NCBI RefSeq assembly: GCF_004010195.1
Contig: NC_057718.1
Location: forward strand, 97,467,644-97,521,453
Direction of reading: 5' to 3'
Length of the DNA stretch: 53,810 bases
From: Chiloscyllium plagiosum
Taxonomy: Eukaryota
In this document: one piece after another, positions 1-12,347 of the stretch
Numbering within the stretch: the first letter of the stretch is position 1
Layout of the letters: each line of letters opens with the position of its first letter
Translations under genes and position numbers: made by a program
Notes under the pieces: model-generated
What the model saw: the letters and a program-made list of their open reading frames with translations, nothing else
What the model was told of the DNA's origin: nothing
Database searches by the model: none

Positions 1-46
1 AGCTGTTTGTGGTTAAAAAGAATTAATCGCATTTTCTGAATTGGGG

Positions 47-362
47 AAGCACAGTGGCACAGTGGTTAGCACTGCTGCCTCAGAACACCAGGGACCCTGG
101 TTTGATTCCAGCCTTTGGCGACTGTGTGGAGTTTGCACATTCCCCCCCCCCCCCCTGCCGTGTCTGTGCAGGTTTCCTCCAGGTGCTCCAGTTCTTTCCC
201 ACAGTCCAAAGATGTGCAGGTTAGGGTGAATTGGCCATGCTAAATTACCCGTAGTGTTAGGTGCATTAGTCAGAGGGAAATGGGTCTGGGTGGGTTACTC
301 TTCAGAGGGTTGGTGTGGACTGGTTGGGCCAAATGGCCTGTTTCCACACTGTAGGGAATCAA
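47..362 (+). mobile_element. HE1-type tRNA-derived V-SINE
   Basis: Head tggcacagtggttagcactgctgcctca...ggtttgattcc (A/B boxes), core tgtgtggagtttgcac...cccacagtccaaagatgtgcagg, CR1-like tail ggcctgtttccacactgtagggaatc. Confidence 0.85.
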
Positions 363-1520
363 ATTTTAAAAAATGTAGAGTCTCAGCAATCAAGTAGATG
401 AACCCAGATTGCTCAGGACCAAGATGGAAGGAAATTGCATCACTAAAAGCGATTGTGAATCTTTGGAGTTCCCTCCCCAGAGTGCTGTGGATTCTCCATG
501 TTGAATATGGGGTCCAGGTTTCTCAGGGTTAGAGATATTGGAAGCAAGTGAGCAGATAGAATTTAAACCCAAAATCAACTCTTGGTTAATGGAGCGATGG
601 TCTACTTCTGTTCCTGTTTCTTATGTTCTAAGCTGTTGGGGGGAAACGCAAGGAAGAAAATCAGGGACAATTATGACTGCAGCAGATAAGACTGACTAGC
701 GAAGGTCAACATCAGTATGGGGTGTCTAAAACACATTTGATAAAGATGATTAGGTGGGTGTTCAAGTTTATTGCATTCATGTGTTTTTTTTAAGTAAAAT
801 GTTTCTGTTTCTCTCGACCACCTGAACATTTAGATTGTGACAAAGCCTCATTATTTCCTTTTAATTGTTGAGTTCCGGTTAAGGTGCACTTCTTGGAAAA
901 TCACAAAGCAAGGCAAACTGTTAGGTGAAGCAGATAGTTTCAATACTAATTTAATGCAGACCCATCCAGTGCCATACTGTCTGTCGATTGTCTGTCTCTA
1001 TGTATTTAAATAACAGCTGCCTCACTCAAAGCTGGTAAAGAGGGAGTGAGTGACTGACCCAGTGACACTCTAACTGTAAATAAAGATCTTTGTGAAGAGA
1101 TCTGATTGTGTTTCACTTCGGTGAAACTCAAGGGTAAAACAACTCTTGACGACAATATACAAAATAAATAATGCATGCCATAATATTTGCCGTGCATTAC
1201 ATGGCCACTGTACACATCCCAGTGTCCAAGTTTGAATTTGTGTGTGATATATTGGCGTTATTACATATAACTGAATTCAGTATACATTTGGAAAGGCAAA
1301 TTCACCCAAGAACCCTTTATATAAGCCAATTCAGAAGTCAGTATTTGGATATAAAACTGAAAAATGTGGCAATACAAAATTAGTTCATTCTGCATTGTTT
1401 GTGGAATTCTGTCATGGATGGTTTTTGGATTTTATTTAATATATAGGTGTCAAAGAAATGTTTAGCACCAGCAGGAAGTAGATCCATTCTATCAAATAAC
1501 TGTTGCCCGTGTTTTTATAG

Positions 1521-1574
1521 GTACACCAAACTCAAGCTCCAGACAAACCAAGATACCCGGATCCCTGTTAAAAA
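1521..1574 (+). CDS. PLCB1: Phospholipase C beta (PLCB1-like) internal coding exon, 54 nt
   Basis: Acceptor tttttatag at 1512-1520, donor gtaagt at 1575. Reads (phase-2 G) YTKLKLQTNQDTRIPVK+AA, matching the PLC-beta motif YTKLKLQ...RIPxKN. Confidence 0.9.
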
Positions 1575-1744
1575 GTAAGTGCTTTCTCATCATCGATGGA
1601 CCATTTTGTAATCCTACCATCTGCATCGACATTAGCGTAGCAGAAACTGGTCATTATGTTCACTCGTTTTTTCAGTTGGAATCATGAGACTGAGCAGGAA
1701 GATCCCAGGCTGCACTAGGCGACTGTTTACGGTCTGGTCAGACA

Positions 1745-1865
1745 GCAGGAAAGATTAGAGGCATATGGCCAAATGCAGGCAAATGGGACTAATTCTGTTT
1801 GGGAAATCTGGTCGGCATGGATGGGTTGGACCGAACGGTCTATTTCCGTGCTATGTGACTCTGTG
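1745..1865 (+). mobile_element. CR1 LINE 3' end fragment
   Basis: ttagagggcatatggccaaatgcaggcaaatggga...tttccgtgctatgtgactct is shared with other CR1 3' ends in the window. Confidence 0.7.
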
Positions 1866-2218
1866 TGATCACACTTGGCAGGAGATAAAGGGGTTTCATG
1901 AGGCTGTTAACTGGAATGGAAGTTTTAGCAATCACAAATATTTGGATCAGCTAAAGTTGCTTTCTTACTTTGGGGAGATCTAATGAAGATGTATAAAATA
2001 ACGAGGGGACTAGGGCAGGTAGATAGGAAGGAACTGCGATAGAGAGGCCAATAAACAGGTCAGATAGGTTTAAAGTAACCAGCAGTAGGATTAAAATTAG
2101 AGGTGTAACTTTCTCACGCAGAGCAAATAGAAATTTGGAACTCGTTGCTAGTCTATAAGATAGTTGGCCCCTACTTGACGAAACAGACAAGATACTGGAG
2201 AAGTCTCTTTCTTGTAGG

Positions 2219-2343
2219 GAAAGTGGGTACTGCAGATGCTGGAGATTAGAGTCAAGATTAGAGTGGTGCTGGAAAAGCACAGCAGGTCAGGCAGCATCCG
2301 AGGAGCAGGAGAATCGACATTTTGGCCAAAGCCTTACATCAGG
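2219..2343 (-). mobile_element. Penelope-type terminal repeat (family A) with hammerhead-like motif
   Basis: ctgcagatgctggaga...tgctggaaaagcacagcaggtcaggcagcatcc...catcagg, flanked by ttcttgt(a/g)ggga at 2209-2220 and 2344-2355. Confidence 0.75.
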
Positions 2344-2524
2344 TTCTTGTGGGGACCATTCCCTTGAAAAATCTGCACTTACACGAGAAATTAAAAGGGA
2401 ACCAATATTTAGTAAAGAGTTAAATAGCTAGTAGAATTCCAGGACACACAGTGATATACCAAAATGAAAGAATTAATTTCTCATTTCCAAATTGTTGGTT
2501 TCCTCCACAGATTATTGTTTAGAT

Positions 2525-3175
2525 TTAACAGCATGTTACCAGGACTGAGGAGGGTTTGAGTTACTAGGAGAGGCCAGCTAGGCTGGGATCTTTCTTCCTG
2601 GAATGCAAGAGACTGGGGGGGAACCTTATAGAGGTTTATAAAATTACGAGGGGCATGGATAGGGTAAGTAGCCCAGGTCTTTTTCCCAGGGTAGAGGAGT
2701 CCAAAACTAGGATTAAGGTGAGAGGGGAAAGATTTAAAATGGACCTGTGGGGTAACTTTTCACCCTGGGGGTAATGCATGTATGGAGTGAACTTCCAGAT
2801 GAAGTGGTGTAGACAGGCACAATTACAACATTTAAAAGTCAGAAGCCACATGACACCAAGTTATAGTCCAAAAAAATTATTTAAAATTACAAGCTTTCAG
2901 AGCACTGCTCCCTCACCTGACAAAGGGGCAGTGCTTCGAAAGCTTGTGATTTTAAATGACCCTTTCAGATGATAACCTGGTGTTCTGTGACTTCTGACTT
3001 TGTTCACCCCAGTCCAACATCTGCACCTCCACATTACAACATTTGGACAGGTACGTGGATAAGAAAGGTTTAGAGGGATATGGGCTGAATGCAGGCAAAT
3101 GGGACGGGTTCAGTTTGGAAACCTGGTTAGCAGGGATGAGTTGGGCCGAAGAACCTGTTGCCGTGCTGTACGACT
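2525..3175 (+). mobile_element. CR1 LINE 3' fragment interrupted by a Penelope-type fold-back
   Basis: Degenerate ORF2 C-terminus (…NLIEVYKITRGMDRV…) plus 3' UTR. Confidence 0.8.
2834..3032 (+). mobile_element. Penelope-type fold-back element (family B) nested in CR1
   Basis: Inverted arms aaagtcagaagccaca.../...tgtgacttctgacttt, hammerhead-like cacctgacaaaggggcagtgcttcgaaagcttgtg, direct repeat attacaacattt at 2822-2833 and 3033-3044. Confidence 0.75.
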
Positions 3176-4052
3176 GGATTTTGTATTACATTATTTCGAA
3201 ATAAAAACTCCTAAGGTGAGTGCATGGTGCCCTGTGTTAAACGGCAAGCTTTTTGGGCTGTGACTCTGATGTTACTGTGTAACCAGAGGTGAGGAGATTC
3301 TTATGATGGCATGTGGTCTTTTCTGTAATTTTGCTCACCCTGAGGATTGGATAGTCACACATCTGCAGTTAGTTTAGACCAGACTACCAAGGTCAAAAGG
3401 ACACTGAGTGCTGAAGACATGAACATGAGTCATTGTATTGACCATGGATAGTCCACACCTAAATGTCAGATGTTCTCTTGCTTTGGAAATAATTTCTTGA
3501 ACACCTCATCTTTACATTCCTCCTTTCAAATTCAGAAGCCATGAGCTTGCATACAGACTGCTGTCGTTATCCATCCATTACAGGTCAGAGTTGAGTGGGA
3601 AGGATGAGTGAACTCAAGTGACTTTTGTTTTAGAACCTTTGGTGTGTTAGGTTGAGCAGTGTTACCCAATCATTTTCCTGCTCTAACCCCATTTTGAGGC
3701 TTGAACATTGTTGTGATCCTCCCACCATCCCCAGTGAAACTTGAGAGTGCGGGATTTAAGGATTGCAGGACAGGGAGTTGTTATAACTCAGTCAGAGATC
3801 CCCAGAGGCCATTACTGTCCCAGACCTCTGTTTGGATTTTGGACCAAACGTTGAGAAGGGCCTGGTGTGATCTCCCCTCGGTTCAGTAAATGGACGATGA
3901 TAGACTTGGTGAAACAGTCCTTTGTTAAATGGGTTGGGTCGGTCACAGGGATTTTTCTTTTCCTCTGCTATTGTTTTTGATGCAATTAAATGCATTGTAA
4001 GAATGTTTTAACTTCAAGTGTCACAGGTGTTGTCATTCCTTCCTCTGTGCAG

Positions 4053-4128
4053 CATTTTCCGGATGTTTTCTGCTGATCGGAAACGTGTAGAAACTGCGTT
4101 AGATGCGTGTGGTCTTCCATCTGGCAGG
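4053..4128 (+). CDS. PLCB1: PLCB1-like internal coding exon, 76 nt
   Basis: Pyrimidine tract plus cag ending at 4052, donor gtaagc at 4129. AA+C completes Asn, then [25 protein letters not shown]. Confidence 0.93.
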
Positions 4129-4184
4129 GTAAGCACCTTCAGCCCTTACACCTCATTCTGAGCCAATTCTGCACGTGCATTGTA

Positions 4185-5060
4185 AGAGATAGGAGCAGGT
4201 CATTCAGCCCCTCAAGCCTGATGATGGCTGAACTGATTGTTGCCTCAACTCCCCTTTGCCTATCTCTTTAACTCCCTTTAAGTCAAGATTCTGTCTGTGT
4301 CTGCATAAAAACATATTCAATGACCCTTCCTCCAGCGCTGTCTGGGGAAGAGACTTCCAAAGACTCTTGACCCTCACAGAAAAAAATTCCTCATCTCCAT
4401 CTTAAATTGAAGAACCATTATTTTCAAAGTCTACCCCTCAGTATAGTCTCTCCAATGAGGATAAATATCTGTACACCCTGTCAACAGCCCTTGGAATCTT
4501 ATATGTTTCAATAAGATGGCCTTTCATCCTTCTAAACTCCATTTGATACAGACTCAATTTCTCTGTAGCATCAGAGGCTGAGGGGTGACCTGATGGAGGT
4601 TTATAAGATCATGAAGGGCATGGATAGGGTAAATAGACAAGGTATTTTTTTCCCAGGGTAGTGGAGTCCAAAACGATAGGGCACGGTTTTAAGGTGAGAG
4701 GGGAAAGATTTAAAAGGGACCTCAGGGGTAACTTTTTCACGCAGAGGGTGGTGCGTGTATGGAATGAGTTGCCAGAGGATGTGGTGGGGGCTGGTACAGT
4801 TACAACATTTAAAAGGCATCTGGATGGCTAGATGAATAGGAAGGGTTTAGAGGGATATGGACCAAATGCTGGCAAATGGGACTAGATTAGGTTCGGATAT
4901 CTGGTTGGTGCAGATGATTTGTACAGAAGCGCCTGGATCAGTGATGTATGAATATGACTCTCCAAACCCTTCATCCCAGGAATCAGTCAAGTGAACTTTC
5001 TCTGAACTGCTTCTAGTGCAATTAAGTACTTTCTTAAATAATGAGACCGAAATATTCCAC
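4185..5060 (-). mobile_element. CR1 LINE fragment (minus) with a nested plus-strand CR1 3' end at about 4565-4960
   Basis: Minus CR1 tail (ggagcaggtcattcagcccctcaagcctg) resumes at about 4965. The inner copy reads aggctgaggggtgacctgatggaggtttataagatcatgaagggcatggatagg. Confidence 0.75.
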
Positions 5061-5239
5061 TGACACATACAATTAAATACCTATTTCTTTGTTCCAGCTA
5101 GCTACAAAACAGAATTCAGTAAGATCCTTATTATCTCTTCAGAAATATTCTAATGCAATCAGTCACTTTCTAAATAAAACACCCCCACACCATTGTTTAA
5201 AAAAAATCTCAGTTCTCCCCACCTCCCAGTGTTAATAGC

Positions 5240-5930
5240 GAATACAGGAAGAGGTCATTCAGCCCCTTGAACCTATTTCACCATTCAATGAGATCATGGC
5301 TGATATGTGACCTAACTCCATGCCTTTTGCCCATACATCCCTTAACAACTTTGCTTAACACATCCATCTCCGATTTAAAATTAACAACTGACCCAGCACC
5401 CGCTGCCACTTGTGGAAGAGAGTCCCAAACCTCTCCCACCCTTTGTGTGTAGAAGTGCTTCCTCACATCTCTCCTGAACAGGGGCATTTCCTGATGAAGA
5501 GCTTATGCCCAAAATATGGATTCTCCTGCTCCTTAGATGCTGCCTGACCTGCTGTGCTTTTGCAGCACCACACTCTCCACTCCCATCGCTCCTGAACAGT
5601 CTGGCCCTAATTCTCAGACTATGCCCCCTAGTTCTCGAATCCCCAACCAATGGAAATAGTTTATCTACCCTGCCTTTTCCTGTTAATATCGTGTGAAGAC
5701 TTCAATCAGATCATCCATTAACCTTGTGAATTCTAGAGAAAACAGACTAATTTGTCTAATGTCTCTTTATAATTTAGCCCCTGACGTCCAGATATCATTC
5801 TTGTAAATCTATGTCATGCTCCCTCCAAGACCAATACATCCTTCCTAAGGTCTGATGTCCAGGTCTACTCACGGTCTCCAAGTGGGATCGAACCAGAGTT
5901 TTGGATAACTGCATCGTAGCTTCTGCCTTC
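5240..5930 (-). mobile_element. CR1 LINE fragment with nested Penelope-type repeat (about 5481-5583)
   Basis: Minus-strand ORFs MVGDSRTRGHSLRIR and DVRKHFYTQRVGEVWDSLP are CR1 ORF2 C-terminus. The insert is flanked by catc(t/g)ctcctgaacag on both sides. Confidence 0.8.
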
Positions 5931-6479
5931 TCATTCTCCAATTAACTAAACCCATTTAAAAAGTCCCAGGATCTGGATCTAAATCTGCATCTTTGCTCAG
6001 GACTAATCACTTCTTCCCTGGGGCCATTCCCTTTCTGTGTAACAAATCTGATTGAAATCTCTCCCTTGTTTCTTTTGAACTATACTGTTTGCAGTAAAAG
6101 ATTAACTAACCAGGATTAAAATATTACCTCCGCCCACAATCAGTGGAGGAGGTGAAAGACAGACAGACCAAAGGAGAAAATATTTTTTACTTACCTCCCT
6201 GTATAATTCTATTTAATTATCTACCTTAGTGTGCTCAAAAGAGGTTGATTTATTTGGACACTGCTGCAGTGATCAAATCAACTGAAACATCACAGAGTAA
6301 CTTTGATGAATGACAGACCTCACAAACCTATTACTTGTGTGAAAAGAGGGAATATTAGAGGGGACTCTACTAATTGGGTTACACATTGACAAACAGATCT
6401 GCTATGAACTTTTACATTTCTTCTTCACTGATCCAAACAGAATGAACAAATAATTGATTAAATTGGATTTAAATTGACA

Positions 6480-7068
6480 CGACAAGAGCAGGTCAGAGGC
6501 TGGGAATCCTGCAGTGAGTAACTCACCTCCTGACCCCCCAAGGCCTGTCCACTGTCCACAAAGTCTGACTCAGGAGTGTGATGGAATGCTCCTCACTTGC
6601 CCAGATGGTGCAGCTCCAACAACTTGACACCATCCAGGACAAAGCTGGATTGGCACCACATCTACAAACATTCACACCCTCTTCCTCTGACGCTAAGTAG
6701 CAGCAGTGTGTACCAACTGCAAGATGCACTGTAGAGATTCACCAAGGCTCCTCAGATGGCACTTTCCAAACCTACAATAACTCCTATCTAGAGGGACATA
6801 GGCAGCAATACGTGAAAACACCTCCTCCTGCAAGTTCCCCTCCAAGCACTCACCATCCTGACTTGGTAAAACCTCAATGTTTCTTCACTGTCACTGGGTC
6901 AAAAATCCTGGAATTCTTTCCCTAACAGCATTGTGAGTCTACCTACAGCAAGTGGACTGCAGCGGGTCAAGAAAGCAGCTCACTCCTACTTTCTCAAAGG
7001 CAAATAGGGGCAGGCAGTAATTGCTGGCCAGACAGTGAAACCCACATCCCATGAGTGAATAAAAAACA
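6480..7068 (+). mobile_element. CR1-clade LINE (second family) 3' end
   Basis: Translates RAGQRLGILQ*VTHLLTPQGLSTVHKV*LRSVMECSSLA (post-RT LINE motif). Ends ...cccacatcccatgagtgaataaaaaa. Confidence 0.7.
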
Positions 7069-7299
7069 TCCGTCTTTTTCCACTTGAAGCCCTCGCCAAC
7101 TGGTTGGGGCAATAGGAAGTGTTTGAAAGGTGAGGGGAAGTTTTACAATACTGGTAAAAGGAAGACTTGCAGGGACCTGTGCAGGTTGTGTTTGATTCAG
7201 GTCATTCCGCAGGAGACTGGAAGATACAGATGGCACGTCTGATTTACATTCATTCCTGGGAGATGGTGTCACGCAGCAAGGTTTGGTATCTCTTCACTG

Positions 7300-7395
7300 T
7301 CAAAAAGTGTGGCACTGGAAAAGCACAGCAGGTCAGCCAGCATCCAAGGAGTAACAGAGTCGACATTTCGGGCATAAGCCCTTCATAAGGAATGT
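7300..7395 (-). mobile_element. Penelope-type terminal repeat (family A)
   Basis: ggaaaagcacagcaggtcagccagcatcc...gtcgacatttcgggcataagcccttcataagga. Confidence 0.7.
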
Positions 7396-7552
7396 GAATT
7401 CTTCACAATCCCTCGTTACATTTGACCGTTGTTGAACTGTTGCAGGATCTGTGTTGAAGTTTCTGTTGGGTAGATCACCTACAGGCTTTTGGCTGAGTGA
7501 GGTTGAAGGAAAAGGGAAACAAAGACGGAAAGTGCTGGAAAAACGCAGCAGG

Positions 7553-7889
7553 CCCGGTCGGCTCAGTTGGCTGGATGGCTGGCTTGCAATCCGGAATAAT
7601 ACGAAAAGCTTGGGTTCAAATCAGAAACGACTGAGAAAACTCAACAAGTCTGTGGAGGGAAAGCAGAGCAAACATTTCAGGTCTGGGTTCGGTGACCCTT
7701 CTTCAGAAGTAATAGTAGTTAGAGAAAGGTCAGTATGTGTGCGAAAGATGGGTCGCTGGGCCTGAAACATTTGCTCCGCTTTCTCTCCACAGACTTGTTG
7801 AGTTTTCTCAGCCATTTCTGATTTGAACCCAATGTTTTCGTATTACTCTGTATTGCAAGCCAGCCATCCAGCCAACTGAGCTGACCGGG
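7553..7889. repeat. Long inverted repeat (about 128-bp arms): tRNA-like SINE head fused to family C Penelope repeat
   Basis: 7553-7681 is the approximate reverse complement of 7761-7889. Confidence 0.85.
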
Positions 7890-7894
7890 ACTGA

Positions 7895-8685
7895 AGACAA
7901 CGAATGCTGGAGATCACTGTGGGTCAGACAGCATCCACGGAGAGAGAGCAGGCTAACGTTTTGAGTCTAAATGGCTCTTCATCAGAGCTGATTGAACTGG
8001 GGAAGGGATAGGGTTCATGCGATCGTGAGGGGAGGGTGGAGGGTTGGGGGAGAAAAGGGTGTTGTTAGTACAGGATAAGTGATCGGAATGTGACAGTGGC
8101 AGAACAGTAGTGTGTCGAATTGTCAGGCTGGGAAAGACAGCTAATCCCCTGGAGTGGGGGAGGGTGGGAGAGAGGACATGGTGACAGAGAATGTAAGAAG
8201 TCAAGCTAAAAGAAAGGGAAGAAGTGGGAGTGGGTTCACAATCTGAAGGTGCTGAACTCAAAATAGAGGAACCTCGATTATCTGAAGGACACGGGCGGGG
8301 AGTATTTCTTTCAGTTAATCAAATGCTGGATAATCGATGCCGGCTTAGCCACGTATCAGGACCTTGCAATCTTGTTCGGATCATCCGAAATTTGGTTAAT
8401 CACATGCCGGATAATTGAGGTTCCTCTGTATTAAATCCAAAAGGTGATAAAGTGCCCAGTCTGAAGATAAGACATTGTCCCTCCAGTTTACGCTGTGATT
8501 GGCTGAAGCACTGCAGCATGCCGAGGACAGACAAGTGGCCGTGTCAGTCGGATATAACCAGCTACAGGAAAGTCAGGGTCTTGCGTGTGTTCTGCAAAGC
8601 GGTCACCCAGTCTGTGTTTGGTTTCTCCAATGTAGAGTAGGCCACACTGGGTGCAGCAAATAGATTGCACAAGACTGGGGGGAGG
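7895..8685 (-). mobile_element. Penelope-like retroelement 3' fragment: GIY-YIG endonuclease remnant plus terminal repeat (family D)
   Basis: ORF 8488-8670(-) CCTQCGLLYIGETKHRLGDRFAEH is the PLE GIY-YIG motif. Hammerhead-like gctctgatgaagagccatttagactcaaaacgttagc on minus at 7952-7988. Confidence 0.85.
8264..8428. mobile_element. MITE, Tigger/pogo-like (Tc1-mariner), nested in the PLE
   Basis: TIRs tagaggaacctcgattatc / gataattgaggttcctctg, followed by TA at 8429-8430. Internal subterminal repeats. Confidence 0.7.
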
Positions 8686-9417
8686 GGGCTAACCAGTGCC
8701 ACTGTATTGTGTACTCCTTACTGAACTAGGGAGTTCATCACCTATATGGGGATAGAGTGGGGCTATGAGGCATAGATTGTGATGGTGCACCGCTATTGAT
8801 CTGTTTAGCATGAAGGTGTGAGACCTCAGGCAGAAGGCCTTCAGTCACTGTTGAATCCATCCAGGCCACTTGCACCTAACTGTGTCAATGGGGCAGCACT
8901 TCCACCATGCTGGTGGAGGGCTGTATGATTCTGTGAATGTACCTGTAGCTGTAGCTGACTAGTCTGTGAGGCAACTATCCAAACATTTGACATCAGTTCC
9001 TAAGCAATAGTGATAGGGACTTTGTACCGTCAACCTGATCATATTCTGATTTGAAATCTGTTCCTCAACTGAGTGGTCCATTATGGTTTCACTCGTAACT
9101 CTTTTATCGTTCAGTAAAGAGTAAATTGGAGCAGAATGGAACTGGAGTCACTTGTAGGCCAGAGTGTGGAAGGAAGGCTAATTGCCTACTTGTAAGGGCA
9201 TTTGGAACCTTGAGCAGCAATTCCAAAGCTTCCTGGTGGTAATTTGTTACTTCAAGGGAAGAACATTGCAGGAATCTGAACAACGTAGACGAAATTTCTG
9301 GCAGGATGGGATAAGAAGTCCAGTGAAGCCCACCTCCATGCTGGGAACATCTCCAAACACCTTTCGAGAAGTGACGTGGTGAGTTGCCAATTAAGGGGAA
9401 TCACTGCTTATTAAAGA

Positions 9418-9632
9418 CCTTAAGACATAGGAGCAGAAATTAGGCCATTCAGCCCATGGAGTCTGCTCTGCTGTTCAATCATGGCTGATAAGTTTTCAAC
9501 CCCATTCTCCCACTTTCTCCACATAACCCTCGATCCCCTTGACAATCAAGAACCTATCCATCTCAGTCTTCAATACACTCAATGACCTGGCCTCCACAGC
9601 CATCTGAGACAGTGAATTCCAAAGGTTCACCA
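9418..9632 (-). mobile_element. CR1 LINE 3' end
   Basis: taagacataggagcagaaattaggccattcagccc..., same family as the copy at 43100. Confidence 0.75.
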
Positions 9633-10714
9633 TAAATGCCCCAACTTGCCTCATTAATATTCAGTTTTCTCTCTGACCAAACACAGCTAGACATCGAGGA
9701 AGCTCGACGTGAAAGTCTGAGGGGCTAACTGGTGAATTCAGTCCGCTGCTTTCTCCCAAGGACTTAATTTTGGACATTGGGCACCTCACCTCAGGGCATG
9801 CTCCATGGGCATCGGTTACATGTGACCACCCCCCCCCCCCCCCCCCATCCTCAGACATTGGCATCCACCATGTGCCAGCCTCTCAGAACCCTCACGGCAC
9901 ATCTCCGATCCACTTACAGGAGACTTCTGCCTTGCTGGAGCTCCGGCTGCACTGGCACCCATCATTGTAATGTTGCAGCAACGTGCACTCAGGAACATGC
10001 ACCCAGCTCATAGACACGGACAAGCCTGCATCTCCAGACACCTCAGTCTCACGCTCACCTGCTCGGAGCCTACCTGATGGCATCCCTGCCTTGCCGTTTT
10101 GTGCAATGCGCCCTTCACCTGAGATGCCAGGCTCAAATTGCTTCTATCTTGCTTTGCTGTTTCATGCCCACACCAGTGCAGCTCATGGATGTCAGCAGGC
10201 CTTAGTCAAGTCCAGGGCGATCGCCTTGACTCAAGCATCTGGGCATCAAAAGGGAAGGGCAGCCTCCCATGCCAGTCCAGAGACCCGCAGGACATTCCGC
10301 TCATCTCAGCCAGTAAGTGGCTGGCTACTGAACCAGCAAGAGACCAGATGCTCATTCTTCCCATGTGCCCGTGTACGCCAACTGGAACGTTGGCACAGAG
10401 CCCTGGCAGCAGAGGCAGACTCAATGCGCTTCACATGCAATGGAAAGTGTTAGTGAACCCAAGCGTGTCGCCCGTTGTGCATCTACAAGTGGTTTGTCCA
10501 TTTTGCTAACAGAAGGAGTTTGTGCCTCCCTCGATGCCCAGATGGCATGCAGAACAAAGTATGTCAATTGACACTTGCTTGAAAAAATCTTACCAGTCAT
10601 TCCGAGGAAAAGGCATAATTATGACCTGTCGTGGTTTGAAATGCGTTCCTTGATGGGGCCAGATAACGATGCTCAAAGAGGCATTGGACACAAAGGCAAT
10701 GAAGAAAAATCTGC

Positions 10715-11035
10715 AGGTGGTTGTGATGAAGGAGCGGCGCTCCGAAAGCCAGTGCTTCCAATTAAACCACTTGGACTATAACCTGGTGTTGTGTGATTTT
10801 TATCTCTGTGTGAAGTTTGCATGTTCTCCACGTGTCTGCGTGGGTTTCCTCCCAAAATCCAAAGATGTGCAGGTTGGGCTGGACTGGCCAAGCTGAATTG
10901 TCTGTAGTGTCCAGGAATTTGTTGGTTAGATGGATTAGCCATGGGAAATGCAGGGATACAGTAGGATGCTCTTCAGAAGGTTGGTGTGGATTTGTTGGGC
11001 TGAATGGCCTGTTTCCACACTGTAGGAATTCTCTG
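10715..11035 (+). mobile_element. Family B Penelope repeat (10715-10800) joined to a headless HE1 SINE (10805-11035)
   Basis: gatgaaggagcggcgctccgaaagccagtg, then the V-SINE core and tail. Confidence 0.75.
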
Positions 11036-11052
11036 AAACTGTTTATAATTGT

Positions 11053-11328
11053 AGGGCAGATGGTGACTTAGTGGTAATGTCACTGGGCTAGAACTCCACA
11101 GGGACAGGCTAATGGTCTGGGGTAGCAAGTTTGAAACCAGCCACAGCAACCGGTGGAATTTAAATCCAATCCAAAGCAGTTCTTATGAGACTGCAGCCAA
11201 TTGTTATTAAAATTACCTGTTTTGTTATTGCGCATGGAGGAGAGAAATCCTACTGGGCTGACCTGGTCTGGCTAACATGTGACTCCTGTCCCACAGTAAT
11301 GTGGTTGACTGTTAATTGCCCTTCAAAG
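11053..11328 (+). mobile_element. tRNA-derived SINE (second family)
   Basis: tagtggtaatgtcactgg head and cctggtctggc..catgtgactcc..cccacagtaatgtggttgact body, reverse complement of copies at 22850 and 31315. Confidence 0.65.
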
Positions 11329-11614
11329 GCTTTGCATGTTAGTTAAACAATTGGAAAACACCAATGGTTTAGTGGTGGGAGTTAATAGATGAGAAATGTC
11401 ATGGGCGCTTTAGTGGTGGGATACAGACACTGAGTGTCACTCATTACGGCATAGCTCATTATGTATATACTGAGTAATTACTCTTAAAGCAAAGGTATAG
11501 ATAACTCTTTTCAGTGTACAATGTCAAAGATTTCCAAGATAACCTATTCATAGAATGTGAAATGTTCTCTTATTCACCTATCGCCAATCCCCAGAGCCTA
11601 TAGTGAAGTATTCA

Positions 11615-12155
11615 TAGTATCCCTACAGGCCATTTGGCCCAACATGTCTACACCTATCCTCCGAAGAGTAACCTACCCAGACCCATTCCTGTATTACTCT
11701 ACATTTACCCCTGACTACTGAACCTAACCTACACATCCCTGAACACAATGGGCACTTTAGCATGGCCAATTCACCAAACCTGCACAAGTTTGGACTTGGG
11801 GAAGAAGCCAGAGCATCCGGAAGAAAACCTCACAGACACAGGGAGAATGTGCAAACTTCACAGAGATATGATGTGGAGGAGCCGGTGTTGGACTGGGGTG
11901 GACAAAGTTCAAAATCACATGACACCAGGTTTAGTCCAACAGGTTTATTTGGAAGACCTTATGATCTTAAACTCCACAACCACCTGATGAAGGAGCAGCG
12001 CTCAGAAAGCTAGTGCTTCCAAATAAACCTGTTGGACTATAACCTGGTGTTGTGTGATTCTTAATTTTGTCCAAACAGACAGTTGCCCGGGGTAGAATAA
12101 AACCTGGGTCCCTGGTGCTGTGAGGCAGCATTGCTAACCACTGAGCCATTGTGGC
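11615..12155 (-). mobile_element. HE1 SINE interrupted by a family B Penelope fold-back (about 11866-12073)
   Basis: SINE continues on both sides of the insert. The insert has inverted arms and cacctgatgaaggagcagcgctcagaaagctagtg at 11981-12015. Confidence 0.85.
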
Positions 12156-12185
12156 GTGCATCAAGGACAATGACCCAGTCTCACC

Positions 12186-12347
12186 TCAGGTCAGGCAGCA
12201 TCCAAGGAATAGGAAAATCGACGTTTTGGGCAAAAGCCCTTCATCCTTTCCTGATGCCCAAAACATCCTCCGATGCTGCCTGATCTGCTGTGCTTTTCCA
12301 GCCACCAGTCTCGACACTGATCTCCAGCAGCTGCAGTCTTCACTTTC
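12186..12347 (+). mobile_element. Family A Penelope fold-back insertion
   Basis: 13-bp direct repeat acccagtctcacc at 12173-12185 and 12348-12360. Confidence 0.8.

Noticed and set aside
9640..10460. GC-richer block with several overlapping ORFs (up to 156 aa)
   Set aside because: No recognisable protein motif or exon-phase fit. Probably a decayed transposon that I cannot classify.
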